Of a stretch of DNA of 64,000 nt, positions 21,328 through 43,300 are shown piece after piece. The DNA is taken from NCBI RefSeq assembly GCF_009914755.1, contig NC_060933.1; one strand, written 5' to 3'. A program made the translations under genes and the position numbers. Source of the stretch: the human T2T-CHM13v2.0 reference genome, Homo sapiens. Below the pieces are notes generated by a model that worked only from the letters and a program-made list of their open reading frames with translations, was not told the origin of the DNA and did no database searches. The stretch's first letter is position 1, and every line of letters starts with the position of its first letter.

Positions 21328-21898
21328 GTAGTTATTCCCCAAAGATGGCCTCCCAGTAATCCATGGCTCTGGATATTCACTCTCTTCCCTTAAATCTGGG
21401 CAGGCCTAGAACTAAATTTGATGAATAGATGTGCCTGGAGTGATACTGAACGTCTTCTAAGGCCGGGTTATAAGAAATGATGCACCTTCACCTGGCTCCC
21501 TTGGAAAATGCATTTTTGGGGAAGCCAGCTTTCATGTTAGAATTCTAACTACTCTGAGACCACCATGCTATGAGGAAGCCCAAGCTACCCATGTAAATAT
21601 GCCCTGTGGAGGAAAATCAAATGCCTGGTTGATAGTTCCAGCTTTGATCCTATTCAATAGCCAGCACCAGTTTACAAGATGTGAGAATGAAGATGCCATT
21701 TGGATATTCAACTCAGTCAAGCCTTCAGGTGACTCCAGCTCCAGCCACCATCTAACTGCAACTGCATGATAAACCACAGGCAAGAACCTTCCTGTTGAGC
21801 CCACAACAATCCCATGGAACAATAAGGAGTAATAAAATGGCTGTTTTAAGCTATTCTCTTTTGGGAAGGTTTGACATGCAGCAATAGATAATTGGTAC
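21328..21898 (+). mobile_element. MLT1G/H-like MaLR LTR
   Basis: ctctgagaccaccatgctatgaggaagcccaagcta...gcaatagataattggtaca. Confidence 0.75.
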
Positions 21899-22209
21899 AG
21901 GATCATACATACCCATGCCACTATTGCCTGGCATTTCTGAAGCCACATGGCTGGGGCTGAGCTTTTGCTTCCAATTGCTGCCAACATGGTAGTGAAAATT
22001 CTTGCCCAGAAGACGCTATTTCTCAAAAGCAAGGGCAGGTGACACTTCTCTCTGCATCATATTTGGAGATGGTTGCTCCATGGCAAAATTGACTTAGGCT
22101 TCCAGTGTTACAAGTCCTTCAAACCAGTCGTCTAGCCATTTCCCCAGGACATTAGCCTGCCATTAAGATAGCTGTGTTGGGACAGGTTCTGGAGTCTGCT
22201 GCCAAACTG

Positions 22210-22710
22210 ACTATATCTCAGGATCACAGCAGAAGGTTGATGGTGCTTTCAAATTAGAATTGTTTGAGTTCTTAGTAAAGGACTATTTATAAAAAGTAGG
22301 TGTAAAGGACTCACAAGGGACAATGGAGTAACCCCAGACTAGTAACAGTGGGATGTTACCACCTTCATGCCCATAAAGATGAGAGGAAGAAGCAGCTACT
22401 GGAACCTTAATAGAGAGACTCATGCAGAGAAGTCCACTTTGAGAGGAACTGTGCGCTTCAGTCTAGAGATATAGCCTGCTTTGGGTAACACTGCAGAGAG
22501 TGAGCCCGAGAAATAAATATCCAGATTTCCCTCCCACACCCTCCTCTGATTTCCTGCTGGAGATTTTCATTTGCGAAGAAATCAAGCAAAGGCCAAAAGA
22601 CAAGGAAGCCTGATGAAGTGTTATAGTAGTCTGTACAAGTCAGCCTCCTGAGGGTTGGAGTGGGGCTGAGATCAGGCTGGAAAAAGGGCAAAGGGAAGCT
22701 ATCTGGCACA
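22210..22710 (-). mobile_element. old ERVL LTR (LTR41-like)
   Basis: gtaaagggactatttat...cacaaggga...agtaacagtggg resemble the recalled consensus. Confidence 0.45.
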
Positions 22711-23029
22711 TAGACCCAGAACCATCATTAGCTAACACTTTCAGCCCAACGCCCATCTCTTTCTCTTTTGATGAAGATTTTATCCTAAAAGTCTTAATGG
22801 CTTCTCTGCCAATCAGGTGCAACCCAATCGCTTTCAGTAATTTTAACTCTTACATAGGAAGCGTTCTGAATCCTTTGCTCCTGCAAAGGCCCCTGTGTTC
22901 CAAATTTGCCCACTTCCTCTCCAGCAATTTTCAAGCTTCAGTCATTTCTCTCTCCTGACATTTTCCCCAAAATACTTTAAGCACAGAACATATCTGGAAG
23001 GTTATGCAAAAAACTAATTATTGTGGTCA

Positions 23030-23344
<315 letters not shown>

Positions 23345-24114
23345 GAAGAGAGGATCAAGAAAAGGCAGACCACTGCTGAAATTTCTGTGGCCCTGAAGAA
23401 GGAGATGAGATCATGATGGCCAGAGAGAAATTCCAGGATCAGAAAAATGCTACCTCCTCTAAAAGTGATGTAAGTATGACACCTGGGTCAGCAAACCTGA
23501 TATTCCAAACCACAATCACCTGCTTAGCCCCTTTTTTCCGTAATTTTTCCTCATACTTTTAGGAAGTTATTTCCAATGGAAAGGCTTTGGATTCAAAAGG
23601 AAAGACAATGAGCATAAAGATTTGGTTTCTAGAAATGTCTTTTGCCTGCTACTTTACTGGAAACTATTTTTCATGGATCTCCTTTAGTGACCCTTGATGC
23701 TTTCCTGATGGTAGCAAATGTCATTGCAAAACTGCTGGAGTTGGCTGAGCGTCCCTTCCCATGCTCACACATGCTATTCCACTCTCAGACCTTCAAAGGT
23801 TGTTACAGAGTGCGGAGATATGGATCCCAGCTCCTTCAGCCAGAACTTGGACAGCCAGACCTTGGACAGTCAGCCATTGAAGAGACATTTTATTAGTTCC
23901 CTCATAGGTGGGTAGCCCTTTTTAGTATGACAGTTCCTTTCTTCACATTCCCTGAAAAGGCTGAGTGATAGCACACACAAATACCCCTCCCCAGGGACTC
24001 TAAGCCGGGCTCCAGATCAAGGTTCAGCTCCTCCTTCTTTCTCTCTGCCCAACTGGGATATCCTGCCATAGAGGTGGGGCAGCCTTCGTTTTCATTCTGA
24101 GTGTAGAATCTTTC

Positions 24115-25081
<967 letters not shown>

Positions 25082-25374
25082 TAACATCTTGGGAAAGCTG
25101 GTATCAATCACCAAGTTCCCCTCGGTTTTTTTCTGAGGAAAGCTCAGGAGGTTATCACCCAGATAGGATCCAAGAGCCTGAGGGGAGTGCAGAGAGCATA
25201 ACCTTTCTGGGACCCTCACTACAGTATAATGAAGGAAACACCTAATGGAAATGAAGGTCAGAAAGAGTTCACTTTCCTTGCTTGGGGACTTCCTGAGAGA
25301 CCTGGAGCCCCAGGACAGGAATCACTTTAGGATACCTTCTAGGGTTGAATTTCCCAGAGAAGAAAGATGAAGAT

Positions 25375-26070
25375 GATTTCTTCATCTTTTACTTTTAACA
25401 TATTTATGTCTTCATATTTAAAGTGGGTTTCTTGGCTGGGCACGGTGGCTCATGCCTGTAATCCCAGCACTTTGGGAAGCTGAGGCAAGTGGATCACTTG
25501 AGCTCAGGAGTATGAGACCAGCCTAGGCAACAAGGTGAGACCCCCATCTCCACAAAAAAAAAAAAAAAAAGGTTGGGCATGGTGATGCATGCCCATGGTC
25601 CCAGCAAGCTACTTGGTACTTGGGAGGCTGAGGTGAGAGGATTGCTTGAGCCCAGGAAGTCAAGGCTTCAGTGAGCCATGATTCCACCACTGCATTCAGC
25701 CTGGGTGACAGAGCAAGACCCTGTCTCAAAAAAATTAAATTAAAATAATAAATAAATAAATGAAGTGGGTTTCTTACAGGTGGCTTATAGTTGGGATTTG
25801 CTTTTGTATCCAATTTGACAATCTCAGTTTTTCCATTTGGGTGTTAGACCATTTACATTTAATGTGATTATTGGTACAATTGGGTTTTAATCTACCCACT
25901 TGCTATTTGCTTTCAATTTATCTCATTGGTTCTCTGTGTTTTCCTCTTTTTCTGCCCTCATTTGGATTCATTAATTTATTTTTATTCCCTTCTATTTCTT
26001 TTATTGGCTTATTAGCTATAACTTTTGCTGCTTTATTTTAGTGGTTATTTTAGGATTGATAGTATTATGA
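25375..26070 (-). mobile_element. L1M fragment, split by an AluJ
   Basis: tccaatttgacaatctc...agaccatttacatttaatgtgattatt. Confidence 0.7.
25434..25761 (+). mobile_element. AluJ
   Basis: gaggattgcttgagcccaggaag AluJ diagnostics, TSD aagtgggtttctt. Confidence 0.9.
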
Positions 26071-27009
26071 AGTACCTTCTCTCTGTCAGCTCTCTGGCAG
26101 ATGAAATCCACTGCTTGAAGCATTTTGAGTAGACAGAAGTGGAAGGTGGGGTGCAGCCCACAGCTAGCTGAGTAATTAACTGCATGGAATCAGCTCTGTG
26201 TAGTGGTGATAGCAGGAAACATCATCCATGTATGTGTTCATGGAACAGCAAAGCCACAGATATTAGACAGCAAATCAGGCAGGCTCTAAATATGGGGTAG
26301 TCAATAACCAGGGCAGCAAAAACCAAAGCAAAAGGACCATGGCTTGAGAAGTTTTGTGGGAGCCCAGGAACATTTTGGAAACTTTCAGATCCGAAAGGGG
26401 AGAGCCAAGCTACCTGCCTCTTGTTTAGACTGGCCTGGACAGGCTGAGCCTTCAAATACAGTGATGAATGAACCAGCTGCCAGGAGCTGAGGTTGAAACA
26501 GAAGCTCACACTCCAGGTCTATTCATGCTTCCCATGGAATGCCCTCCTCACTATTACCACCTGTCTATATATTTTCCATATTTATTAGCTAGCTCATATG
26601 CCCCCTCTGACAGAAAGCCAATGGGATACAATTTTCTTATCTTCTAAACCTCCAATCATCCTACCCAGTATGTCCTAGAGAACACATCACATTTTGCCTT
26701 TCATTTTCAGTCATGATTGTGCCTCTGTTTATATTATATAAAGTATCTTGAAGACAGTGACTACTAACTTTGTAATGGATTCTAATCCCATCTCTGCATA
26801 GCGATACGTAAGGCTGAACAACTCCTTTAGTCTCTCTGAGCCTGGTTCCTCATCTGTAAATAAGCATAACAAAACCCGCCCTGGCTATAACTCCCACAGT
26901 TGTTGTGAAGTGCCATCAAAGTCAAGCTTATTAATGTACTTTGTAAATGGTGACATGTTAGGCAAATGTGACTACAGATTGGGAACATTAAAGTACTAAA
27001 TATGTTTAA

Positions 27010-27330
<321 letters not shown>

Positions 27331-27768
27331 TAATGTCTTTAGTAGGTCCCTGAGCAAATAATGGCAGGATTAAAGAGAGGCTGCCCATCCTATCCTCCCA
27401 TCTCTACACCTCTGTAAGAGCATAGTTAAGACCATGGACTCTGAAGCCAGACTGCCTGGCTTCCGTGCCAGCTCCACTCCTCCTGAGCTTTGTGACCTTA
27501 GGCAAGTTATTGAGCTTTCCTGTAAGCAGTATTTCTTATTCACTGTTACATCTCCCAGGTGCATAATTGGGATCCAGTGTCAAAGAGCCAGAGCAGTATT
27601 GAAGGAAGCAGAGGATCAAGTATCAGCAAGCTATCTTAACTGGCTGGGCCATGAGCATGTCACCTAACCTCTCTGGATGACTTTCTTGATCTATACCTCA
27701 AAGCTAGATGAGCTGCTTTTAAATAGTCTTCTATAATACTTTTAAGTTCTTTTAATAAATAATTCTTG

Positions 27769-28097
<329 letters not shown>

Positions 28098-28770
28098 TCA
28101 TAGTAGAGACTATTACTTCAGTTAAAAATAAATGACTTTGGTGAGTACAAGTATGTTTGAAGAGCAAAAATCTTGCTTGGCCTCTTACACGTCAAGACCG
28201 TGGCAAAGCATTTAAGCTTCCTGATACTCAGTTTCCTCTTTGGTAGCGACAGTATAGAATTGCCATAGGAATTAGATATTTAAAGCACCTAACACAGTTA
28301 AGAGCACAGAATAGATGCCAAATAAATAATAGCCAGCAAAGCCAAACAATAATTACAACTTAGCTTTAAAAATTAATTTTTAAAAATGGATTTTAAAAGC
28401 TTGAAATCAGTCTTTATGGGCCCTAAGTGTTGAAATACTAGTCATTCACATTTAAGTTACCAACCACCAAGAATTTACAACTCAGTGGGGATCCACTCCT
28501 CTCTACCTTTGTTTGCATTAGTCTTTTCCTCTGATATAAACTTTCCCCTTCCCTACTGATGAATTCCTACTCATCCTTTAATACTCAGATCAAATATCGC
28601 TTCCTCCAGTGTCTTCCCCACTCCTCTGGACAAATATAAGCTTCTCAGTGCCCACACACTTCTATGACAATAGTCATCATGTGTCTTTTCAAATCTTATA
28701 TGTCTTTATAATTTTATCTCCTCTTCTAGACCATGAAACTCTCAAGGACAAGGATAAGCACAGAGTCTAG

Positions 28771-29109
<339 letters not shown>

Positions 29110-29244
29110 TAATGTTTGAATAAAGGAGTGAAAGCAATAAAAAAAAATTCTGCTTTTAGTTGTCACTTAGTAAATTCATTCATTATTTATAACAGGAAGA
29201 CAAAATTAGAGGCCTGGCATAACTCTACAGGCTCAGGTGTAAGC

Positions 29245-29246
<2 letters not shown>

Positions 29247-29282
<36 letters not shown>
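29247..29282. repeat. (CA)n microsatellite
   Basis: seen directly. Confidence 0.95.
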
Positions 29283-29283
<1 letters not shown>

Positions 29284-29330
29284 CCTAATCAGAGTTTTTT
29301 AGAAATTCAGTCTTAGAAATAAGATAGGAT

Positions 29331-29557
29331 GGATGTGAGGGCAATCTGACTGCGACATCTGCCACCCATTGATCACCAGGGATGATTTGGTTGATCTGGC
29401 TGGCTAGGCGGGTGTCCCCTTCCACCCTCACTGCTCCATGTGTGTCCCTGCTGAAGCCGCACACTTGGTCGAAGAGGACAACCATCCCCAGTAGAGGAGG
29501 ACCAGTCTTCAGTCAAGGGTATACGAATAGCTGCGCTCCCCTGCTAGAACCTCCAAA
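29331..29557 (+). pseudogene. 7SK snRNA retropseudogene, 3'-truncated (RN7SKP class)
   Basis: ggatgtgagggc...gatctggctggctaggcgggtgtcccctt...caagggtatacgaatagctgcgctcccctgctagaacctccaaa matches 7SK nt 1 to ~228; 16-bp TSD agaaata(a/g)gataggat. Confidence 0.95.
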
Positions 29558-29930
29558 GAAATAGGATAGGATTTTGTGATGGTTATGTACCATCTCTTGA
29601 CCATAAAAAGTCCTACTCTCTACATGCTGTATTATTGAAAGCATCAGAAAAGCATCCAAACACTTGGGAATCATATGGCTCATCTTTTCAAATCAAGGCA
29701 AATAAGAACAAGAAACAAACCCAGGATTAGTACACTATAACCACTGCCCCAGACAGGTTTAAAGTTTCAACCAAGTTTGGTAGGAAACCATGCTTGGTCT
29801 GTTTTTTTTTAAAGAAAATTATAACTCTGGTGCTCAATTATGGATGTTTGAAAACTGAAGCTGAATCACACACATCTATATTCTGGGATCATTTTCCCAA
29901 TATGTGAAGAGTTCAAAAGTTCAGATCGAA

Positions 29931-30226
<296 letters not shown>

Positions 30227-31512
30227 TTCAGATCAAGCAGGTTTACAGCCATCACTAATTACTGTGGGGAGCTAGGGGAAGTTACTCTATCTTTCTGGGT
30301 ATTAATTTATTCATTGCAAAATGAGAGCATTGGAATGGATGATTTCAAAGTCCCTTATGACTCTTAGCAAAGTCACAGAAAAGGAGAATCACAAGGCTTT
30401 CATCTGGCATAAGCAGAATTGGCATATGCCAATATAATACTTTGAGATTCAAGAAAGAAGAGCCTCTATCCAAAAATATCTCTGTCACAGTAGCCAAGGA
30501 CCAAACTGCACAAGTTGAGGTAGTGGAAGACACAGAGGCTTTGGAATCAGCCAGACCTGGCCTCTAACTCCAACTCTGACACTGGCTTTCTGTCAGTATG
30601 CAAATTACTTAATCTCTCTAAACCTCAGTTTTCTTATTTTTAAATGTAATGGTCAGTCCACACTCTGTTATTTAGGGTGTAGCAATGGCGGTCAAGTGCA
30701 GCATGGATCTGAGAGGGGCAGGCCTCCCCAACCTGCAGGGTTAGTGATTAGGCAGAAATTAATGAGTTCAGATTACCAGCCTCTACTCCAACAAGGGGCA
30801 GGATGAGCAGGGACCAGTTGCCTTCTGAGTCTCCCTGAATGTATGGACTTAGTCTGACCCTCTTCCAAAGCCCAGCCTCAGTGAAAAAATGAACCCCTCC
30901 CAGGTCTAGCCAACAATATAATTATAGTTCATCTTCTCCAAATAATGGAGCATTGACTATAATATTGTTTTAACTGTGGTTTTGGATTTTTCTGAACCTG
31001 CCATTCCATCCTTACTTGCCAATACCCCCATTGAATCTAAAGTTGAAAGTTCACTATATAATAATATGTTAAGAAGTGATGTTATGGGTTTTTCCCTTTT
31101 GTTCAATGAACGACATAGAAATCCCCTTAAATGCTTTCCAGAGCCTGGCAGACTTGAGCCTAATTTTAGAGCAGCAGTCTTAGAGTTAAAGAGAATTTGA
31201 GGGCCACGGGGCTCATAGGAGCAGAAGACCTAGTCTGCCCCAAAGCATCTTGGGAAATGTGTCCAGTGCAGAGAAAAAAGGAAATGCAGCCATGTTTTCC
31301 TCTCACATATGGTTTTGGACAGGATAAAATGAGATAATTTCTGCAACACACCTACATGGTGCCTAGCCATAGGAGCAACATTAAGTGGTAATTACTATTA
31401 TTACTCACAGCTGGTCTGTGTAGCTCCAAAGTCCATCAATGTTCTGCTATGCATACTACCTCCCTACCCCAAATGACAGTCTCCAAACTTTTTGGATAAT
31501 ATATCACTATAA

Positions 31513-31802
<290 letters not shown>

Positions 31803-32049
31803 CATCACCATAATTTTTTAAAGGTTTAGCATACAGACTCCAAAATACCAAAATATGCATATTCATATATTTATATAATATACAAGTACTACTTTACATG
31901 TTAAAACTTATTACAAGAGAGATAGTTAAAAGCCACACAATGTATGAAATAAAATCTTTAAATAATATTTATTTTATTAATTTCTAGAACAAAAAATATC
32001 TGTAAGCGATGTGTTCAATGTGTTTCATTATTTTTATAATGTTGGTTTA

Positions 32050-32503
<454 letters not shown>

Positions 32504-32683
32504 TTAATGTTTTGTGTCACAGCAATTTGAAGGCCTGCATCTAAGTTCAGTTTATGATCAACACTTAATTCTAATGGATGACATAGATGGAAAAAGAACC
32601 TCACATGGAGGTTCCAAATAGAACCAAATGGAAGAACTCTCTTGCTTAGCTGCACTTACTAAATCATAATTGCCATCTTTTAA

Positions 32684-33342
<659 letters not shown>

Positions 33343-33720
33343 TGATGCCAAAAAATTACCCAGCAAGCAAATTAGAAGGGGTTGCATGTTTATATTTTTT
33401 AACAATTAGATTCAAAACCCACTACAATTCTTTAGGAGATTATTAAACATATTAGAAAATTCTTTTTCCAAGTGCATTCAGCATGCAGATGACAAACATA
33501 TGTACTTTCCACAACAATATTCCAATAGAGACATTTCCTCAGAGTCATTTTCGAAAATGTCCTCTGCGTATCTTTTAAAAAGTAGTTTGTTTCTCATTAT
33601 TAGATGTCACTTTTACCTTGAAGAAACAAGCTATTTAATCTGTTCTTATTTTTCCTTTAATTTGTCTGCTAGGTAGCATACTATTGACACCCACTTGACA
33701 CATAAAATACCAATAAATTG

Positions 33721-34360
<640 letters not shown>

Positions 34361-34466
34361 TCAATAAATGGCAGATTTGTCTTTAACTTCAACAACCTTT
34401 TAAAGTGTTTTGACAGAAGATAAACGATGAACCTCTGTGTTTATGGCTACCCCATCTCATTATAAA

Positions 34467-34682
34467 GCAGGGGTCCAGCTATGGCCCTTACATCAAATCC
34501 ATTCCACTCTTGTTTTTATAAAGTTTTATTGAAATACAATCACACTCATTAATTTACATACTGTCTATGGCTGCTTTCACCCTACAGTGGCAGAACTGAA
34601 TCACTATAATAGGGACCATATGGCCTGGAAAACCTAAAATACTGACTATCTTCTTTACCAAAAAAGGTTGCCAACTTCTGCT
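34467..34682 (+). mobile_element. MER58A-like MITE inside the Charlie element
   Basis: gcaggggtc...taaagttttattgaaatacaatcacactc...ggttgccaacttctg. Confidence 0.75.
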
Positions 34683-35855
34683 ATACATCATTATGAAGTT
34701 TTTAAGATTAAAGTTTCTGTTTTCACAAAATTTATCACACCTAAAATTCCTGGAATTTTAGTTATTATGGCTCTAACTTCTTTGCTACAGTAACTGCATA
34801 TGAATGATGCGGTCATTAAATTTCACTTATGCTCTATTCCTCTAGCCTTATCCCTCTTGTATTTAAGAAGTAATTATAATTATAATTGAAGGTATAATTA
34901 TATCTTAATATAGCCCCTCCAAGATACATTTTTCTTAATGGCGATAGAGAGAATTGTTTTCTATGTATTTCAATATTGAACCAGAATCCAGCAAGTATCA
35001 TAAATTGAGTCAAGTTAGAAATATCTGTACTTTCATCCAATTATATCAGAAACCTTCCACGATGTCAAATCTACCCTAATGCTTGTTTCCTCAGATCTTC
35101 AGCAATCTTTTCTATGCATTTTCCAATGATATTTGCTGACAAAGGAACACATTTTTCTTATTATTTCTGCCAAGTTTTACCAGGGCAGAAGAACACATAT
35201 TTCTCTAATAGTATGTAGCTTTTTAACCTCTGCTGTTAAGCTAAAATCTATAAAGTTAGTGAAATTAAGTGAAATTGAGCAGTGCCTGATTAAAACATCC
35301 CTGTAAAAAAGCTGTAAGATTGGACTGCATACTCTAGATGCTTCATTTCTAAATGTTATGATAACCATGACAATTTTATGGATAAAACTCAAGCACAAGA
35401 TACACTTTGGGGCAATGTTCATTGTCAGTGATGTTAGACTTAAATCCACAATTCAAACAGGGCTCCATGATAATGTCTAATTTTTTCGACACCTCTTGTC
35501 AGATCTCACTAGATATCATTGTTTTATCTCTTAATGTGGCAGACAAAGAGCTCATAACAGAGCAGAAATGTTTGTTTTGCCATTTTCTCATTGTTTCCTT
35601 ATGCTTCCATTATAGGTATTGTCTTAAATTTACAATGTCATTACAGGTATCTTTTTAAGCTTTTTGTTCATTTTGTGAAAGTTACTTTAGTTCAAACTAG
35701 ATAATGCATTTTTCTTAGAATCCACACTGGCCCAAGTAAACTGCAATATATCACAGGATGCTGAGAGCCAACACCCAGAAGAAGACAACTCAGTCAAGTC
35801 CTCCATGTTGTGGAAGCCCCACTCTTCCCTTAGAGAACTCATGAACTATTCTTGA

Positions 35856-36371
<516 letters not shown>

Positions 36372-36441
36372 TAAGGTATTATATTAGGTTGGTGCTCAGC
36401 AAGTATCCAGTTGCTTATTGAGTACTTACCATATACCAACA

Positions 36442-36468
36442 TACACACACACACACACACACACACAC
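36442..36468. repeat. (CA)n microsatellite
   Basis: seen directly. Confidence 0.9.
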
Positions 36469-38306
36469 GAGTATATCAGGTGCTATGAGTGTTACCAAGA
36501 TGAATCAAAATAAATCAGACATGAATTGCATTCAACTCCAGTCATTCACTAATTTATTCATCCACTAAGCAAACAATTACTGGGTGCCTTCAAGTTCCAG
36601 GGACAGAGTGAGTCACTATGGATTGGTGTCTTCGTGACTTCCACTTCAGATATGGCAAACTATTTATCCAACTTGAATTAGCTTGGATAGATTGTTCATT
36701 ATTATAGTAACTTTTCATATTTTGGCGTCCTAGAGTTTGTTCTCCTATCCTAATAGCACTCCAGTTTCCTATTGGATAACACACTTTCCCCCACTGTGAG
36801 ACAGTGAACCAAGCTGAAACTACAGGGTCAAAGACACCATGAATAAGGAGAAATTTATTCTCTGCAGGGAGAAAGCCAGAATTAAAAGAAGCAGAGATGA
36901 AAGATGAAAGGGTCTTAGGAAAAGAACAGCCTTATTTCCTTACTTTCTATCTACCTTTTATAGACCTTCTGAGGCCCAACTATGTATACCTTATTTCTTC
37001 TTCATAAATGTCTATAACATGGCCTCACTGTCCTGGACATTAGTTGTTATAGCCATATAATAAATGTACCATTTTACTTGGGTTAATTTTAGTGAGTTTC
37101 TCTTCCTTGCAACCAAACAGTTCCTGAGAATAATTTGGTCCCAGGAAGAGGCATTGCAAACGAGCACTAAGAGGAAACTAGGAATGATTGTTGTAGAACT
37201 GTGATACTCTCTTCCCTTCCCATCACCACCTTCCACCCCAGATAAAAAAGTTGGAGGTGTGAGATCTGAGATATAGAGTTTGAGAATCAGCTGATTAAAC
37301 TTTAATCTTCAGTCTCCATCTCCATGTAACTTTAAGAAGAGTATCTTGAGATAGAGGAAAGATAAAACTCATTTCCAGATTGCCTGGCTTGAAATAGATT
37401 AGGGGGAAAAGAACACTCTGGGGGACTGGTAGAATCCATTTATTGCTATCCCAGCTTGGGGGATCTGGTAGTCTTAGTTAAGCCATCTAAGTACAGGTGT
37501 GAAAACTCTTTCCCATCATTTCTCTGAGGGTCTAGGAGTCATCTTTAGTCTAACAAAGAGGAAAGGTATTTTGGTAGAAATACCGTAAGAGGTAATTGGC
37601 CAGTGGCAGAAATAGATATATGCTTCAAGGTGAGCATTGCTTCTACAGGAAGGAAAACTATTAAGGAGACCTGATGTAAAATGAGCAAGGTTTCCTGAAG
37701 GGTGAATACCTGATCTTCAGAAGCCAGGGGATAAGTAATATAAGGCGTTCAATCTTGTGAAAACTGCAGTCAGCTGGCAAAGTTTCTAATCCAATATGAC
37801 TCCGGGGGCACAAAGACAAGGCTTATTATGGACATCTTCTCAATTCACTTGTCCAGATTTTTCAGGTGGTGACCCCAATCCTGAGCCACTTTTCTGACTG
37901 TGGATCAATGGTCCCTCTTACTTTCTCACTATATCCCTTTCATCCTTTCACACTTGAAGGTTTATTCCTTCTTCCTTCCCTCCCAATTCCCCATCAGAGT
38001 CCTTAATGAGTTGACTCAGGATCATCAGTAAGAACTTTGATGGCCAATGAAAAACCAAAGCAGGGTAAAAAAAAGTAAGCAATGAGCAACAAATAGTAGC
38101 CCTTTCTCAAGAGCATGGAAGCATTTTTGAAACAATAGTCTTCAAAACACTATTGCCTAAATCTTCACTTCCTGGAAGGAAAGGGAGGTTAGACAGAGGA
38201 CAGATAGATAGGTAGGTAAATAGAGACAGAGATAGACATTAAGAAATAGGTGTAGATTGTCTTAGTACAGTTTGTGTTGTTATAACAAAACACCTGAAAT
38301 TGATAA

Positions 38307-38930
<624 letters not shown>

Positions 38931-39352
38931 TGAGACTGGTAATTTATAAAGAACAAAAATTTACTTTCTCCCAGTTCTAGAGGCTGGAAAGTTCAAGATC
39001 ATGGCACTGGCAGGTTGAGTTTTTTTATGAGGGCTGCTCTCTGCTTTCAAGATGACACCTTGTTGCTGCATCCTCCAGGGGGAGAAACACTGTGTCCTTA
39101 CATAACAGAAGGTAGAAGGACAAGTGAGTCCAATGCTATTTGAAGCTTCTTATATAACAGTTTTAATCTCATTCATGAGAGGAGGACCGCTCATGATTTA
39201 ATTACCTCTTAAAGGTCTCACCTCTTAATACCATCACATTGGCCATTAAGTTTCAATACCTGAATTATGGAGGGGACACATTCAAACCACAGCATGGACA
39301 TACAGATTCTATTTTAAGGAAGGTAGCCACTGCTTTAAAGTAAGATGAATGA

Positions 39353-39711
<359 letters not shown>

Positions 39712-40049
39712 TAAAAAAAAAAAAAATACAGGCGTGAGCCACTGCGCCCGGCCCTTTTTTTCCTCTTTTCTAAATTAAAGTTTTTTATTGTATTACATTC
39801 CTCGATTAAACATGGGTCGCTGAACCGAGAGAAGTCATATTCAAAGCAGCCCAAGAAGAAGAAAGATCCCCCAGAACTTTGGACTTGGAGCTTAACCTGC
39901 TGTTAAATACATCAAATTGTTTTGCTGTGGGAAAGGGGGTGAATATATTTTAGGTATCTGTATGAGGGCTGTGTGATTTCCAGGAACTGTCTTGGAATAC
40001 TATTATGGGAGGAGAGTTTGTATTAGACTAAGCAGTCAAGGGGTAGACT

Positions 40050-40944
<895 letters not shown>

Positions 40945-41405
40945 TTAACACAAATTTAGGACTTTTGTTGTTGACATTGTTATTATTATATTTTTTTAAC
41001 TGTAATACAAGCCTAGGGTAAAAATTCAAACAGTATAAAGAGGTATATTATCTAATTATAGAATAAGTCTTCCTCCTAGAACCCTGCTTCAGAAGAAAAA
41101 AACCTGTTAACAGCTTCTTTTGTATCCTTCCAGAAATTTTCTTGAATTAAACTTATAGCACACTGAAGGATCAAGGAGAGAATGAAGCGAGTGAGATATA
41201 TTACTCTCAGATCTAGCTCAACAAAGCAGATATATCAATATTATGTCATTTTTCCCCTTTTCTGATTATACTTGGTTTAAATTTGCAGTTGTAAAATTGC
41301 CTGTGAATGTCTACATTTTATATTTTTAAGTAAAAGCCCAACAGGGAAAAACTAACTAATGAGTTTTGTTTTGTCATCATGTAGGGCTTTTACAACATAG
41401 TTTAA

Positions 41406-41944
<539 letters not shown>

Positions 41945-42200
41945 TAACCTCTGACAAAAACAAGAATTAACCTGTATTAAGAACCTACTCTAGGCAAGAA
42001 AGACCCTGTGCTAAAAACTTTCCAGTAAACAATAGACATAATATATAAATTATGATAGTATGCTAGAAGGTGATAGATACTATGAGGAAATAAGTAAAAT
42101 AAGGTTAAAAGGATTAGAAGAGACAGAGGGGCAGGGAGCAGAATTTGAAACAGTGGTCCTGGAAAGCACCATTGAGAAGGTAACATTTAAGAAAAGATTC

Positions 42201-42500
42201 AGCCAGGAGCAGTGGCTCACACCTGTGATCCCAGCACTTTGGGAGGCTGAAGTGGGTGGATCACCTGAGGTCAGGAGTTTGAGACCACCTGGCCAACATG
42301 GTGAAACCCCATCTCTACTAAAAATACAAAAATTAGCCAGGCGTGGTGGCACAAGTCTGTAATCCCAGCTACTCGGGAGGCTGAGGCAGGAGAACTACCT
42401 GAACCCAGGAGGTGGAGGTTGCAATGCTGAGATCACGCCATTGCACTCCAGCCTGGGTGACAAGAGCAAGACTCTGTCTTAAAAAAAAAAAAAAGAAAAA
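42201..42500 (+). mobile_element. AluS
   Basis: Alu dimer, TSD aagaaaagattcag. Confidence 0.95.
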
Positions 42501-43004
42501 GAAAAGATTCAGAGGATGATACGGAGTTGGTCAAGCTGATATCAGATTTCTGGGGGAAGAAATCTGGGAGGAGGAGGAAGGGGGAGCATCCAGTGCAAAG
42601 GCCTTAAGGCAGAGACATGTCTGACATAGTCCAGGAAAAGCAAGGTCAGCATGGCTAGAATGGAGTAAACAAAGGAGAAAGTGATAGGAGAAATCAGAAA
42701 GGTAATTGAAGGGCTTTGGCTGTTACTCTGAGTAAACTGGGGAGCCACAGCAGACTTTAAGAACCATGGCCGAAGCAGAAGACTACATTGAGAATAAATT
42801 GGAAGGAGGGAATGAAAGACAATGATAGCTATGACCAGTGAAGTAACAATGGAGATGGTGGAAAACCGTCAAATGCTTAATGTATTTTGAACACAGAGTT
42901 CAGAGAATGTCTGATAGATTGGATTCGAGGTGTGAAAGAAAGAAAGAAGTTAAGGATGAGCTCAAGGTTTGGGGCTTGAACAACTGGAAAAGAGAGATGC
43001 TATT

Positions 43005-43300
<296 letters not shown>

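Noticed and set aside
36625-37900. Possible old LTR plus internal sequence (similar candidate at 2190-2930)
   Set aside because: An LTR-like end is visible but too diverged for me to assign a family or boundaries.
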